DNA of 64,000 nucleotides from NCBI GenBank assembly GCA_963826715.1, contig CAWGYA010000007.1, forward strand, positions 32,001 to 96,000, written 5' to 3'. The translations under genes were made by a program, and so were the position numbers. This DNA is from Candidatus Bathyarchaeota archaeon. GTDB lineage: Archaea > Thermoproteota > Bathyarchaeia > Bathyarchaeales > Bathycorpusculaceae. Shown in pieces: positions 11,112-22,258 of the stretch (the stretch's first letter is position 1; each line of letters begins with the position of its first letter). The notes under the pieces were generated by a model that ran no database searches, was not told where the DNA came from, and saw nothing but the letters and a program-made list of their open reading frames with translations.

Positions 11112-12027
11112 AAATTTCAATCTCATATTCAAACTGTTCGTCTTTAGAGCTGAGTTCATAATCCAAACCAATCCAATCAAGAGAACCTTTAGCAACTTCC
11201 CTTCCACGACGTAAATGTGTGCCTTCAATGGTTTTTAGACCAAAACCAAGCCTACTTTGCTTATCTATGATTTTCGCTGATTCTGCCTTCACAGGTTCCC
11301 AAACACCGATTTCTTCATTAATTAATTTGAGCCCTCTAGAATCCGAGTATTCACTAAAAAAATGTGCGCCTTGCTCGTTTAATACAAAAACTTTTTGAAG
11401 GTTATTCTGGTCAAGCTGATTAAAATTCAAGTTTACCAGAATTTTGTTCTTATCTAAAGTATAAGTCACGATTACTTTACCCCTTGAGGTTGTTTTACTA
11501 AAAATAGATTCAACCCCAAACATGGACACAAACCGTTTTATGAAAAGAGTAAGTTGAGCAAAATGTTTATGATTTTGATATAATGAAGAAATGAAATCAA
11601 TTTTTCTGCGCAATTCAATGTTTTCAAGTTTGACATTTCTAAATTTATCCCGCAATAAATAATCCATGAAGAATGTCTTACGAATAATTAATTGACTCGC
11701 CCTTTTATGAACTTCAAGATACGCTGTGCCTGAGAAAAAAGTTTCATTAGCACATTTTAGTATAGGGACTCCAAATCCCGCTCCTTCTCCTATGACCTCA
11801 ATCCCATTCTGCAAGAGGATTAAACCTTTCTGTAGATTTGCAATTTTCATGTTTAGGGGTTTTGTATCTGAATAAATTCTAAGTGCCACGATATCAGAGA
11901 TATGATGGGTATGTAGGAATACATCTGAATTTGGCATAATGTTACTATCTTTTTGTGTTTTTAAAGCTGCTTGATAATCGCATAATTTTAATTTAAATTC
12001 CTCAGCATTATTTGCCGTATTAAGCAA
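11104..12027 (-). CDS. hypothetical protein, co-transcribed with radical SAM gene
   Basis: 307-aa ORF whose stop overlaps the next start; GEGAGFGVP motif. Confidence 0.65.
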   Translation of the reverse strand: MLNTANNAEEFKLKLCDYQAALKTQKDSNIMPNSDVFLHTHHISDIVALRIYSDTKPLNMKIANLQKGLILLQNGIEVIGEGAGFGVPILKCANETFFSGTAYLEVHKRASQLIIRKTFFMDYLLRDKFRNVKLENIELRRKIDFISSLYQNHKHFAQLTLFIKRFVSMFGVESIFSKTTSRGKVIVTYTLDKNKILVNLNFNQLDQNNLQKVFVLNEQGAHFFSEYSDSRGLKLINEEIGVWEPVKAESAKIIDKQSRLGFGLKTIEGTHLRRGREVAKGSLDWIGLDYELSSKDEQFEYEIEIFG

Positions 12028-12557
12028 AACAGCTTAAAGCTGCGATCGGAAAATAAACTGCTAAAACAAGTTTGGATTGCCAAACACCTACTGTGCCTTA
12101 AGACTTTTTACAGTGCCCATTTTTCAAAGGAGTTCCTATTCAAAGTGTAAATAATTAGACAATTTTAGAAAATTGTAATTAAAATTAATTTTGTCACAAA
12201 ACAAAAATATTACAATAATCATTCTCGCTTACAAAAAAAAATAATTAAGTATTAAATCTAAGGCAGCCAATTAACCTTCAACATTGAAGGTAATGTTGCA
12301 ATTTAAGCATGTAAAAGCTGACAAACAAAACAAAGCGTTTTCTAATTTTCTATCAGGAGAAGAAATTATTTTACCACATTTCGGATAAATAGTCACAACA
12401 AACACTTCTAATCGATTAGGCTAAGTTAACATATCATGCATATTATATTAAGACGTGTTGTCGCTTCCGAAAACATCCAGACATAGTTCAATGATCAATC
12501 TAGTTTTAACCCAAATGTTTTTACACGCCTCAACTGAATTTTTACCTCGGTGTTACT

Positions 12558-12822
12558 CTGAAACGAGAAGAAGCAGTAAACCTCCTGAAAGAGATTTTTG
12601 AGAAATGCACAATTTACGATGGAACATATTTGGCTCTTATGCCACCTAACTCTGCAGGTTTGCTCTCAAATGGCTATCAAGTACATCTGAAAGTGCCAAT
12701 AGATATAAAAACTCAGGATTGCATGAAACATATATCTGAAAAATACAGCTACTTTGTCTTTCACAAATAGAAACGATGAGGATTTGGTTATTATTCATCG
12801 CCCGACGAAGCCTAAATTGTAG
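12558..12822 (+). pseudogene. small hypothetical protein, frameshifted near 3' end
   Basis: Reads LKREEAVNLLKEIFEKC...GYQVHLKVP, stops at ~12770 and continues NDEDLVIIHRP in another frame. Confidence 0.35.
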
Positions 12823-12919
12823 CGGAAATGACCCGATTTCTTCAGGTCATTTAGGTAGAGTTTAGTTCGACGTCAGCAAAGTATCACCAGTTTTTATCAA
12901 TTTACCAATTTTATGTCCG

Positions 12920-14080
12920 TTATATCGAAGGAAATCTTCGCCTCAAATAGCCTTTTAGAAATTCTTGATCATTGGCTAATTCGGTGCTTTTTACGATTTG
13001 CCCCTCAAGCCTATCCAAAGCTACTCTAAACGTCTGTTCCACACCATAACCTTCACCTGAACTGAAAAATGATCCCTTATTTGTTCTAAATTGCAAACGG
13101 CAGTGAATTAGCTGATCGCCCTTGAAGTTTGTGCCGTGGGTCTTCATGTAAACAAATAGGGTTCCAGCCTCCAGGGTTTCTCCGTATCTGTGGGTGAAAG
13201 AGTCAAAATCGTCTATAACTGCGCTTCGTTGAACTTCATCAATCTCTACATCTTTAACTGAAAACTGTATTGTTAGTCTTTCCACTGGTTTTTCCATTTG
13301 AGCTAAAGGTTCAAGAAAGTCCCGTTTAGTTATAATTCCGACCGGTCTTCCTTTGCTGACGATCACTAAAGATGAAATGTTGAATTTGTGTAGTTGTTCT
13401 TCCGCATCTCGCAATTTGGTTTCAGGCAAAACAGTGATCGCGGGCTGGACCATTAAGCCCTTCGCAGGAATACTTAAAACAGGAACTTTCTCCCCTACTC
13501 TTTCACCGAACCTTTGCACATGTCTAGGCTGAAAAACATTCTTAATAATATCAGAAAGGCTCACCATCCCTACAAGTTTTCCTTCTTTGACAATGGGAAC
13601 GTGAGAGATTCCCTCACTTCTTATAAGACTTAGCACTGCCCCTAGCGATTGGTCTTCTTCTATGGTGAAAGGCTCTTTGGTCATTATTTCTTCGACGTGA
13701 GTGTTACCCCATTGATCCATTATAGCACCATGGATAACCTCTTCATCTGTTACAAAACCTAAGAGTTTCTCTTCGCTATAAACAGGAAGTTGTCTGGTTT
13801 CGCTCTCGATCATTAACTTAGCAACTTTGCTAAGAGTATCCTTCAGGGTAACCGCGGGAGCTGGGCGCGTCAAAGTTTTTACTTTGGTTCCAGATGCATC
13901 AAAACTGGACTGCCTAACAGATTTTCGGGAAATTATCCCTTTATAATTGCCTTTACTATCGAAGACTGCTAAAACAGGAGGCTTCCCTTCTTTGAAATGC
14001 GATAAACTAGACGAAAGGGTATCATTTTCCTGCACTTCTTCGAAACCCTTTGAAAAAATATTATCTACAATCTTAACCAT
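12920..14080 (-). CDS. hibA: 4xCBS + C-terminal HPF/RaiA-like domain: archaeal Hib-type ribosome hibernation factor
   Basis: Four CBS repeats; C-terminal LTIQFSVKDVEIDE...GEGYGVEQTFRVALDRLEGQI follows the HPF/RaiA pattern. Confidence 0.75.
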   Translation of the reverse strand: MVKIVDNIFSKGFEEVQENDTLSSSLSHFKEGKPPVLAVFDSKGNYKGIISRKSVRQSSFDASGTKVKTLTRPAPAVTLKDTLSKVAKLMIESETRQLPVYSEEKLLGFVTDEEVIHGAIMDQWGNTHVEEIMTKEPFTIEEDQSLGAVLSLIRSEGISHVPIVKEGKLVGMVSLSDIIKNVFQPRHVQRFGERVGEKVPVLSIPAKGLMVQPAITVLPETKLRDAEEQLHKFNISSLVIVSKGRPVGIITKRDFLEPLAQMEKPVERLTIQFSVKDVEIDEVQRSAVIDDFDSFTHRYGETLEAGTLFVYMKTHGTNFKGDQLIHCRLQFRTNKGSFFSSGEGYGVEQTFRVALDRLEGQIVKSTELANDQEFLKGYLRRRFPSI

Positions 14081-14388
14081 AAAAAGACCTTCAATGCTTG
14101 TTACATAATTCTTATTGAGTAATTTAAGCCTTCACAGAATTAAATAGTTTTCTTGCCGTTATTGGTCTTTCTTTGTTTCATATTGAACCAGCTGAACTTT
14201 TAAAATCTGTAAAAAGCACCCGTTTTTTAATGAAGTCGCTCTTAAACAACCTTTAAAAATAAAGCTTTCTTAAAACCCAAAAAATATGTTCTATTTTTTG
14301 GGGCAGTTTTTATTATCGTTTTAAAGGAAAAAATAACAAAACCATTTTTGGTTATTCCTAAAGCTTTAGGCAGTTGACAACCAAATAC

Positions 14389-14709
14389 CTATTTCAATTC
14401 TCTATCTTCACTATAGTCTCGATCCTCGTGAGCTTCTTCCTCAGCTTCATTTTGCAAATCCTCTTCTCGAATACTCGTTTGTTCCCCCTTAGCTCTTGCT
14501 CTATCTTCAGCTTGACCTTTCAGCGGGTAAACCGTCCCCAACCAAACTTCAAATTGCATTTTATACTCGGGGCTAGAAAAAACCCAGTCGCACAATCCCC
14601 CAACAACCTTACTAACGTCAATGTTATGGTCGTAAGCTAAACCTTTTACAAAATCTTCCCAATTAGCCGATAAAGTCACATAAAAACTGCCCATAAGAAT
14701 ATTCTCCAA
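14389..14709 (-). CDS. hypothetical protein with acidic C-terminus
   Basis: 106-aa ORF with upstream TTTAAATA box. Confidence 0.55.
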   Translation of the reverse strand: MENILMGSFYVTLSANWEDFVKGLAYDHNIDVSKVVGGLCDWVFSSPEYKMQFEVWLGTVYPLKGQAEDRARAKGEQTSIREEDLQNEAEEEAHEDRDYSEDRELK

Positions 14710-15029
14710 TAACAGAGAGTACTAAGCGATATTTAAACTTCAAATCCATTAAAATCCAAAAACCCCCCCACCATCGCTACTTATTATTCGGAGGCTTTTG
14801 GAGATGTCTATTAATTTGAAAGCTGCTAATTGAGAAATTAACGCAACTGGTGAAGGACGTACGTTAAAACAGGGATGAGCCGATAGAATAGAATCAGTGA
14901 AAAAAGACGCTATAAGGAGCAAAAAATAGAAGAAGGAGAAAAGATTAACGAATAACTGCAACTCACGCTTTAATTGTAATAGCTATTGAGTTAATTTTGT
15001 CTAAAAGAGAAAAAAATAATAGTGGATTT

Positions 15030-15398
15030 CTATTTAGCGATTAATCCACCAATTAATCCACCTATCGTTGATGCTATTGCTCCAAAGATAGCTAGAATAA
15101 TCGCTACAACTCCAACTGCTAGCCCAGCTAAACCGCCGAAAAGACCACCAAGTAAACCGCCTGAGACACCTCCAACAACTGCGAGGCCAACAACTGCAAG
15201 TATTGTAATAATTATGCCGCCAAATATGCCCGCAAGAAAACCTGCCAATGCACCATTCAATATGCCGCCGCGAGCTATAATGCCCGCAACAAATCCACCT
15301 ATTAATCCACCTATCAAATGTCCAACCCCTGGAAACAGCCAACCAAGAAGTAACGTTATAACGAAACCAACCAAAGCTCCAAGCCACAAATTACCCAT
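15030..15398 (-). CDS. Gly-rich membrane protein (DUF5518-like)
   Basis: GGxxGGxxAG TM repeats; GGAGGTGA SD upstream. Confidence 0.8.
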   Translation of the reverse strand: MGNLWLGALVGFVITLLLGWLFPGVGHLIGGLIGGFVAGIIARGGILNGALAGFLAGIFGGIIITILAVVGLAVVGGVSGGLLGGLFGGLAGLAVGVVAIILAIFGAIASTIGGLIGGLIAK

Positions 15399-15450
15399 AA
15401 AATCACCTCCAATATGCTAACGTATAATAATTTCTCAAAGGTGATTTTTT

Positions 15451-15585
15451 CTATTTTTTATTTAGTCCTTTTTTTAGACCCTTACCAAAATTACTTGCTA
15501 CTTTTGCACCTTTCTTAATGTCTTTGCCTATTTCCTCTCCAGTTTTTTCAGCGGCATTTCCGATTTTTCCTTTTTTTGTAACCAT
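15451..15585 (-). CDS. small Lys/Gly-rich protein (44 aa, not in ORF track)
   Basis: MVTKKGKIGNAAEKTGEEIGKDIKKGAKVASNFGKGLKKGLNKK with AGGAG SD. Confidence 0.55.
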   Translation of the reverse strand: MVTKKGKIGNAAEKTGEEIGKDIKKGAKVASNFGKGLKKGLNKK

Positions 15586-16007
15586 TAATTTACTCCTATC
15601 TCTAAGTAACCTTTTGTAGACTTAACTGTGTGTGACTGTGAACTCACAACAACAAAGTGATAATTTTTTTGAATTAACTGACTTAGATGTAATCTAGAAA
15701 AAAAGACTTAAAATTGTAGGTTAAATCAGGTATTCAGATTTATTCTTCAGTACTTGCCACGAGATTTGGAAAAATGAATGCGCCAAAAATGTGGTTTGGA
15801 CCTAATTGGGTTTTGTGTTGTTTTTCTAACTAATCCTATCTCTTCTTAAAGCGTTAGTGTGCTGTCGGAACCAATACTTCTAATAATACTTTTGAGGTCA
15901 CACGCGTTACTAACGATCTCAATACTTGAAGAATATAAATCATGTAACCTTCTACTTTTTCCAAACGAATAGGTAGGCTTTTTATACTTTTCCAGTGAAG
16001 TATCGGT

Positions 16008-16862
16008 ATGGAAAAATTTCTATTAGTTGGTCCAAATTGTTCTGATCTCGCGGAATCAAACATCGAGATAAAAAAATTTCATGACTGCGAAAATTACATT
16101 TACATTCCCGAGATTGAAAAATTAGAAGGAAAGCATGTCGCAATCTTACACAGGTGCTACCCAGACCAAGATTCACGCCTTTTACAGTTTTTCCAAATTT
16201 TAAGCGCAGTAAAACCAATTGCAGCAAAAGTAACGGCAATTATTCCATATCTTCCATATTCGAGACAGGATACGATTTCTAGACCGGGAGAAACAGATTC
16301 CGCGACAATGATTATTAAATTGTTGTCCAGTGCTGGCTTAGACGAACTCATTACTTTTAATTGCCACTTTTTAGAATCAGGCGAAACCACAAAAAATATT
16401 GCTGGCTTAAATATTGAGAATCGATCGATTGTTTCAGACTTATTTGATTATGTTAAGCCGCGAATATCAAACCCAGTTTTTATAGCACCAGATCAAGGCG
16501 CCGCTCATTTCGTAGAAAAACTGGGGGGCGTTAGTATGGAAAAAACCCTTGGTGAATATATCCATGGACCGCTTGCGTTTAGGCAAATTACATCCGAAAA
16601 ACTTGATGCAGATATTGCTGGCCGAGATGTAATTTTGATTGATGATATGATTATTAGCGGAGAGACAATGGTTAAAGCCGCCCAGGTGTGTAAAAAAGGT
16701 GGGGCCAAAAGAATCGTTTGTGCTTCTGTTCATGGGTTACTAGTAGGTTGTGCGTTTGATAGGATTCGCGCTGCGGGGGCAAAAGAAATTGTTGTTAGTG
16801 ATAGTGTGCAAAGTCCTGCAGCAGTAGTAAGTATAAAAAAACAACTGAAAGACTTCTTATAA
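16008..16862 (+). CDS. prs: ribose-phosphate pyrophosphokinase
   Basis: IPYLPYSRQD, IAPDQGA, VILIDDMIISGET PRPP-binding loop. Confidence 0.9.
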   Translation: MEKFLLVGPNCSDLAESNIEIKKFHDCENYIYIPEIEKLEGKHVAILHRCYPDQDSRLLQFFQILSAVKPIAAKVTAIIPYLPYSRQDTISRPGETDSATMIIKLLSSAGLDELITFNCHFLESGETTKNIAGLNIENRSIVSDLFDYVKPRISNPVFIAPDQGAAHFVEKLGGVSMEKTLGEYIHGPLAFRQITSEKLDADIAGRDVILIDDMIISGETMVKAAQVCKKGGAKRIVCASVHGLLVGCAFDRIRAAGAKEIVVSDSVQSPAAVVSIKKQLKDFL

Positions 16863-17137
16863 TGAAGTAAAAACATTTTTTTCTTTCATTAATACAAAAG
16901 GTCATAAAAGAAACCCTCATAGCTATAAAACAGACCTTCGATCATAAAAATTGAAAAACTTAATGACGCTGATATTATTGAATCAACCTTTTGTTTGTGC
17001 AGGCTAGAAAACTTGGAAGCGTACATTTTGTAGTAGGGAAGTGATAAGGTTTATATATTCCGAGAAGTCTGTCGAGACAGACTTAAAAACTAAGTTAGCG
17101 ACTTAAATCGACAAATATTACCAAATAGATTTGATAG

Positions 17138-18766
17138 TTGGTTCAGATGGAAGTTGAAGTAATACCAGCAATCTTGGTGAAAAACCGAGAGGAATTGATA
17201 GCACAAATTGAAAAAGTTAAACCAAGTGTAACCGCTGTTCATGTTGACATTATGGATAATGTTTTTGTCCCAAACAAGACAGTGGGTCTTGAAGGTTTAA
17301 CTGATCTTCCATCGGGGATCTCCTACGAATTCCATTGGATGGTAAAAGATCCTGAAAATTGGATTTTAAAAGTCCCTGGAAAACATATGCATTTAGTACA
17401 TGTTGAGGCTATCTCTGATTGGAACAAAATAAAGAAAGCTTGTGCCCCTGATGGAAAAATAGGCTTAGCCATTAATCCACCCACCCCTCTCGAAAAACTT
17501 TATCCTTATATTAATGACAAAGAAGTTAAGAAAGTACTATTTATGACAGTTAACCCTGGTTTTTGTGGACAAAAGTACATTCCTGAAGTTGAATCCAAAG
17601 TCCACGCTCTTCGAGCAAAATTTCCAGAACTTGAAATTGAAGTTGATGGTGGAATAAATCCAGAGACTTCCGAGAGAGCAAGTGAAGCGGGAGCCAATAT
17701 TCTTGCAGCTTCAAGTGCAATTTTTAAGGCTAAAAATATTCCGGAAGCAGTTCAGACAATCTATGAGTCAGGAATTCGAGGTAGAAATAAATCGCAAAGT
17801 TGTCGGTGTGAGAAAATGACTACAGATGCAAATATTCCAAAATTAAATACTGAACCTCCAAAGCAAACGCTTCTTGAGATAAGCCCATCCGTTGAAGCTG
17901 GAGCAACAAAGATTAACGACATAAAGAAACTTTACTTATTATCAAACAATATTAGACAAAGTATTGTAAAGATGCTTCATGAGGCAAAATCAGGTCACCC
18001 TGCAGGTTCAATGGGTTTAGCCGACGTTTTTACCGCTCTTTACTTTAATATTTTAACACACGATCCTAAAAATCCGAATTGGGAAGGTCGGGATAGATGC
18101 ATTTTATCAAACGGTCACGTATGTCCAGGATTATATGCCACTCTTGCAGAGGCAGGGTATTTCCCAAAAGAAGAGTTAATGACACTTAGAAAACTAGGTT
18201 CAAGATTACAAGGTCACCCTCATAGAGAAACATTACCTGGAATAGAGAATAGCTCAGGTCCTCTTGGCCAGGGTCTCTCAATTGCAACTGGAATGGCACT
18301 TGTTGGAAAACGAGAAAAAAAGAATTGGCGAGTTTACTGTATTTGTTCAGATGGCGAACATAATGAAGGCCAAATATGGGAAGCCGCACTTTTAGCATCT
18401 AAATTTAAACTAGGAAATCTAGTCGCGATTATGGATCGCAATAACATTCAAATCGATGGATTTACTGAAGATGTTCTTCCACTCGAACCACTTGAAGAAA
18501 AATACAGGGCATTTGGATGGTACGTTATAAATATTGATGGCCATAATATCCAACAAATAATTTCAGCCTGCAACGAAGCGAAAACGATAATCGATAAACC
18601 CACAATGATAATTGCACATACCGTTCCTGGAAAGGACATCTCCTTTATGGAATTTATTACCGAGTGGCACGGAAAATCGCCGGGTGACAAAGAAACAACA
18701 ACCGCCTTAGAAGATCTTGAAGAAGAGCGAAAGTTCTATCGTGATGAAGAAAAGGAGAAAACATAA
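17138..18766 (+). CDS. rpe-tktN: ribulose-5-phosphate 3-epimerase in one frame with transketolase N-terminal (TPP-binding) subunit
   Basis: HVDIMD, MTVNPGFCGQ, EVDGGIN (Rpe); SGHPAGS, LSNGH, LQGHP, GPLGQG, SDGEHNEG (Tkt-N); internal ATG at 17816. Confidence 0.9.
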   Translation: MVQMEVEVIPAILVKNREELIAQIEKVKPSVTAVHVDIMDNVFVPNKTVGLEGLTDLPSGISYEFHWMVKDPENWILKVPGKHMHLVHVEAISDWNKIKKACAPDGKIGLAINPPTPLEKLYPYINDKEVKKVLFMTVNPGFCGQKYIPEVESKVHALRAKFPELEIEVDGGINPETSERASEAGANILAASSAIFKAKNIPEAVQTIYESGIRGRNKSQSCRCEKMTTDANIPKLNTEPPKQTLLEISPSVEAGATKINDIKKLYLLSNNIRQSIVKMLHEAKSGHPAGSMGLADVFTALYFNILTHDPKNPNWEGRDRCILSNGHVCPGLYATLAEAGYFPKEELMTLRKLGSRLQGHPHRETLPGIENSSGPLGQGLSIATGMALVGKREKKNWRVYCICSDGEHNEGQIWEAALLASKFKLGNLVAIMDRNNIQIDGFTEDVLPLEPLEEKYRAFGWYVINIDGHNIQQIISACNEAKTIIDKPTMIIAHTVPGKDISFMEFITEWHGKSPGDKETTTALEDLEEERKFYRDEEKEKT

Positions 18767-18806
18767 CAAAATCTCAGGCTTTCTGAAATTATTTTATGGT
18801 GTTAAT

Positions 18807-19814
18807 ATGGTAAATTCATCGAAAATAAATCCTCAAATGGGGCTTATAGATAATATTGATACACCTCAGAATAAAAAACCAAGTCGAGACGGATTTGGGA
18901 AGGCATTAGTTGAGATTGGAGCTGAAAATCCAAACTTATGGGTGATGACAGCCGATGTTTCTGAAAGCACCAGAACGCATTGGTTTGCTGAAAAATATCC
19001 AGATCGATTTGTTCAAGTTGGGGTATCTGAGCAGAATTTAGCAGGAACAGCTGCAGGAATTGCCTCTGTAGGAAAAACAGTTTTCATCTCAGCTTATGGG
19101 GCTTTCTCACCCGGAAGAAATTGGGATCAGGTTCGCGTTTCAATTTGTTATAACAATGTGCCAGTAAAATTACACGGTTCACATACCGGAGTCACTGTTG
19201 GTCCGGATGGGGCATCTCATCAAGCACTAGAAGACATTGCAATTACTCGAGTTCTTCCGAATATGATAATCATTGTTCCCGCAGACGTTGAAGAGGCAAG
19301 AAAAGCAACAATTGAAGCAGTTAAAACAAAAAGTCCAGTTTATATTAGATCCTGCCGAGAGAAAATGCCAGCATTTACCACACATTTAACACCATTTTCT
19401 ATTGGAAAGGCAAATATTTATCGAGACGGAAAAGACGTTGCAATTTTTGCATGCGGACCACAAGTATATGAATCAATAATTGCAGCAGAAAAACTTGAAT
19501 CAGAAGGAATCTCGTGTGCAGTAATTGATTGTCATACAATTAAGCCAATTGACGAGGACTCGATTAGATTTTGGGCGAAAAAAACTGGTCTGATAATTAG
19601 TGTTGAAGACCACCAAATAACAGGTGGCCTCGGAGGTGCAATCGCAGAAGTTTTAAGCGAATCAGGAAAATCGACCCCATGCACATTAAAGCGCCATGGG
19701 ATAAAAAATACCTTCTGCGAATCAGGAGAACCTCTTGAACTTATGAAAAAATACGGGCTTGACTCCGAAGGAATAGCAAAATTCGTTAGAGAGAACTACA
19801 AAAAAGAATTGTAA
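18807..19814 (+). CDS. tktC: transketolase C-terminal subunit
   Basis: VGVSEQN, GPDGASHQ, TIKPID, VEDHQITGGLG; start moved to MVNSSK. Confidence 0.93.
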   Translation: MVNSSKINPQMGLIDNIDTPQNKKPSRDGFGKALVEIGAENPNLWVMTADVSESTRTHWFAEKYPDRFVQVGVSEQNLAGTAAGIASVGKTVFISAYGAFSPGRNWDQVRVSICYNNVPVKLHGSHTGVTVGPDGASHQALEDIAITRVLPNMIIIVPADVEEARKATIEAVKTKSPVYIRSCREKMPAFTTHLTPFSIGKANIYRDGKDVAIFACGPQVYESIIAAEKLESEGISCAVIDCHTIKPIDEDSIRFWAKKTGLIISVEDHQITGGLGGAIAEVLSESGKSTPCTLKRHGIKNTFCESGEPLELMKKYGLDSEGIAKFVRENYKKEL

Positions 19815-19866
19815 GAAATGAATGGGACAAGTTTTAATTGACTAATCGAATGTTAAATTATTTGAG

Positions 19867-20523
19867 ATGGAAAATATGGAATTCTTTTTAGATACTGCAA
19901 ACGTTGAACAGATAAAAAAAGCAGCTGCACTCGGGGTAGTTGATGGAGTTACAACTAATCCAACACTTATTGCAAAAGAAGGCGGAAAAAGTCAACAACA
20001 AATTATTGCTGCGATTGCAGAGATAATAAAGGGACCTATTTCTGTTGAAGGAAATGCAGACACATGCGATGAGATTGTTAGCGAAGGAGAAGCATATTCA
20101 AAATGGGCAAAGAATATCGTAGTGAAAATTGCCTTTAATCAAGAAGGAATTAAAGCTGCAAAGATACTCGAAGGAAAAGGAATCAAAACTAATGTAACAC
20201 TTGTGTTCAGTGCAAGTCAAGCGCTAATTGCAGCAAAGGCGGGTGTAAGCTATGTATCGCCATTTATTGGACGCCTCGATGATATATCCGAAGATGGTAT
20301 GAATTTAATTCGAGATATCATGCAAATTTACAAGAACTATGGATTTAAAACAAAAATTATTGTTGCAAGTATTAGGCATCCGATTCATGTGTTAGAGGCA
20401 GCAAAAGCAGGAGCACACATTGCAACAATACCAGCCGATGTTTTAGCAAAGATGTGGAATCATCCACTAACTGACTGCGGAATCAAGAGATTCAAAGAAG
20501 ATTTCGCAAAATGCGGCAGGTAA
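19867..20523 (+). CDS. tal: transaldolase (short Fsa/TalC type)
   Basis: FFLDTAN, GVTTNPTL, NIVVKI, YVSPFIGRLDD, ASIRHP. Confidence 0.93.
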   Translation: MENMEFFLDTANVEQIKKAAALGVVDGVTTNPTLIAKEGGKSQQQIIAAIAEIIKGPISVEGNADTCDEIVSEGEAYSKWAKNIVVKIAFNQEGIKAAKILEGKGIKTNVTLVFSASQALIAAKAGVSYVSPFIGRLDDISEDGMNLIRDIMQIYKNYGFKTKIIVASIRHPIHVLEAAKAGAHIATIPADVLAKMWNHPLTDCGIKRFKEDFAKCGR

Positions 20524-20654
20524 TGATCGGACAAAATTAACTTGTTTTCATTTTTCGCTCACCTACAATTATTCTTTTAATTTTGCAATACGTTCATAAT
20601 TTTTTAACACATAACCTTAAAACCAGAATGCTCTATACGACTTAGCGATGCAGG

Positions 20655-21500
20655 ATGGCCAAGATAAAATTATTATTTGTAATTATAACGGTGATTATGA
20701 TTTTTTCGTTGACATTTAATGCCTATCAATGGAGCACCAATCTCTCCCTGACCGGTCAAAGTGAAAAAGAGTTGATGGCTACAATTTTAATTCACGATGC
20801 ATCAAGCATAAATTTAGAACTCCAAAATCTAGATGACCTACTTTCAGAAACATGCCAAAAACTATCAGTCACCGGTTTAACTGGAACTGCAGCCGAAAAC
20901 ATATTGAATGACCTTTACACTCAACAGTCAAATGTTATCGTTAATGCAGCTACAGCAGATAAAAATGACATTTTACTTGCTGTCGAACCTAGCAATTACA
21001 GTAATATTATCGGCCAGGACATAAAGAACCAAGAGCAAAACATTGAAATGCACAAAACAATGCGCCCTGCAGTGAGTAACCTGATCCATCTGGTAGAAGG
21101 TTTCCCCGGCATAGTTATGGTTGCGCCAGTTTTCAATACCGGTGGACAATTTATTGGTTCTCTCAGCATCGTCTTCTTACCTTACGAACTTATTCACCCG
21201 ATCGTTGAAGATACAGTACAGGGCATTTATACAATCTACGCACTACAAAGCAACGGTACACTAATTTACGATGCGGGTATCGAACAAGGCAAAAACATTT
21301 TCACCGATGAAGAATATCAGGGTTATACTGAATTGCAAACATTCATTCATCAAGTTGTTGATACGCAATCAGGCTATGGCAAGTATAGTTACTTTGATGA
21401 CCTTGCACCTTCAAGACCTCTAGTTAACAAGGAAGCTTACTGGACAACTATTGGCATCTATAATACAGATTGGCGTTTGGTAATAGCTCACACACTTTAA
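20655..21500 (+). CDS. membrane-anchored Cache sensor-domain protein
   Basis: N-terminal TM, two PAS-like Cache subdomains ending TDWRLVI. Confidence 0.75.
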   Translation: MAKIKLLFVIITVIMIFSLTFNAYQWSTNLSLTGQSEKELMATILIHDASSINLELQNLDDLLSETCQKLSVTGLTGTAAENILNDLYTQQSNVIVNAATADKNDILLAVEPSNYSNIIGQDIKNQEQNIEMHKTMRPAVSNLIHLVEGFPGIVMVAPVFNTGGQFIGSLSIVFLPYELIHPIVEDTVQGIYTIYALQSNGTLIYDAGIEQGKNIFTDEEYQGYTELQTFIHQVVDTQSGYGKYSYFDDLAPSRPLVNKEAYWTTIGIYNTDWRLVIAHTL

Positions 21501-21667
21501 GCAATTACCTTACTTTTCTTTATTCTGACCTTTATTTTGTAAAATATTACTTCTATTTTATTGACAATCTAACACTTAATTGTCTATCAAAAGAAGATAG
21601 CTTTGAAAGACTATCCGCTTATAATTGTAGAACCTAAAAGGTGGCTACTAAAAGTATTTTGGCGTTT

Positions 21668-22030
21668 CTATTTTTTGAATTTGTGAGGCTCACCCAGTAT
21701 TGATAAATGAGAGAAAGTTGAGTCGTTTGTTGCGCCATGCCAATGCTCTTCATTAGGAGAGATATAAGCAATCATGCCTGGGGTCACTATATTCTCCTCA
21801 TTTTTCGTAGCTACAATTCCTTTTCCTTCGGTAACGATTAAAATTTGCTCAGTTATATGAGTATGAAGCTTGTTGCGAGCTCCAGGGGCAAAATTAACCA
21901 TAATAACCTGAACTTTATCACCTTTATGAGCTTCTTCGAGGATAGATTGAATAGTCACTTTTCCACCAAAAAACAAAGGATCCATTGATACTTCGCGCAT
22001 ATCTACTTGATTGACATTAATTATTTTCAT
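21668..22030 (-). CDS. cupin domain protein
   Basis: FAPGARNKLHTH..EQIL, EEHWHGA. Confidence 0.9.
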   Translation of the reverse strand: MKIINVNQVDMREVSMDPLFFGGKVTIQSILEEAHKGDKVQVIMVNFAPGARNKLHTHITEQILIVTEGKGIVATKNEENIVTPGMIAYISPNEEHWHGATNDSTFSHLSILGEPHKFKK

Positions 22031-22258
22031 TAAATCACCACTTTATTGATGACTAAAGATTTATATGAACTATATCCTGTTCATAAAAAGTAGCAAGCAC
22101 TCAAACAAAATTGTAATTGCTGATTCTGGGCTAAAGTTAATCTAACACTTTACACGCAAAACAAATTTTGAAGCGGCTACACGCCACTATTTTTGAGACC
22201 ATGCTGGCCAATTACAGAGATTCTCACCGATTAATAGTAGCTATCAAGCTTCGTCTTT

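Noticed and set aside
15022-15420. Pro-rich 132-aa plus-strand ORF and similar short antisense ORFs throughout the track
   Set aside because: Shadows of real genes on the opposite strand (Gly codons read as Pro); no SD or motifs
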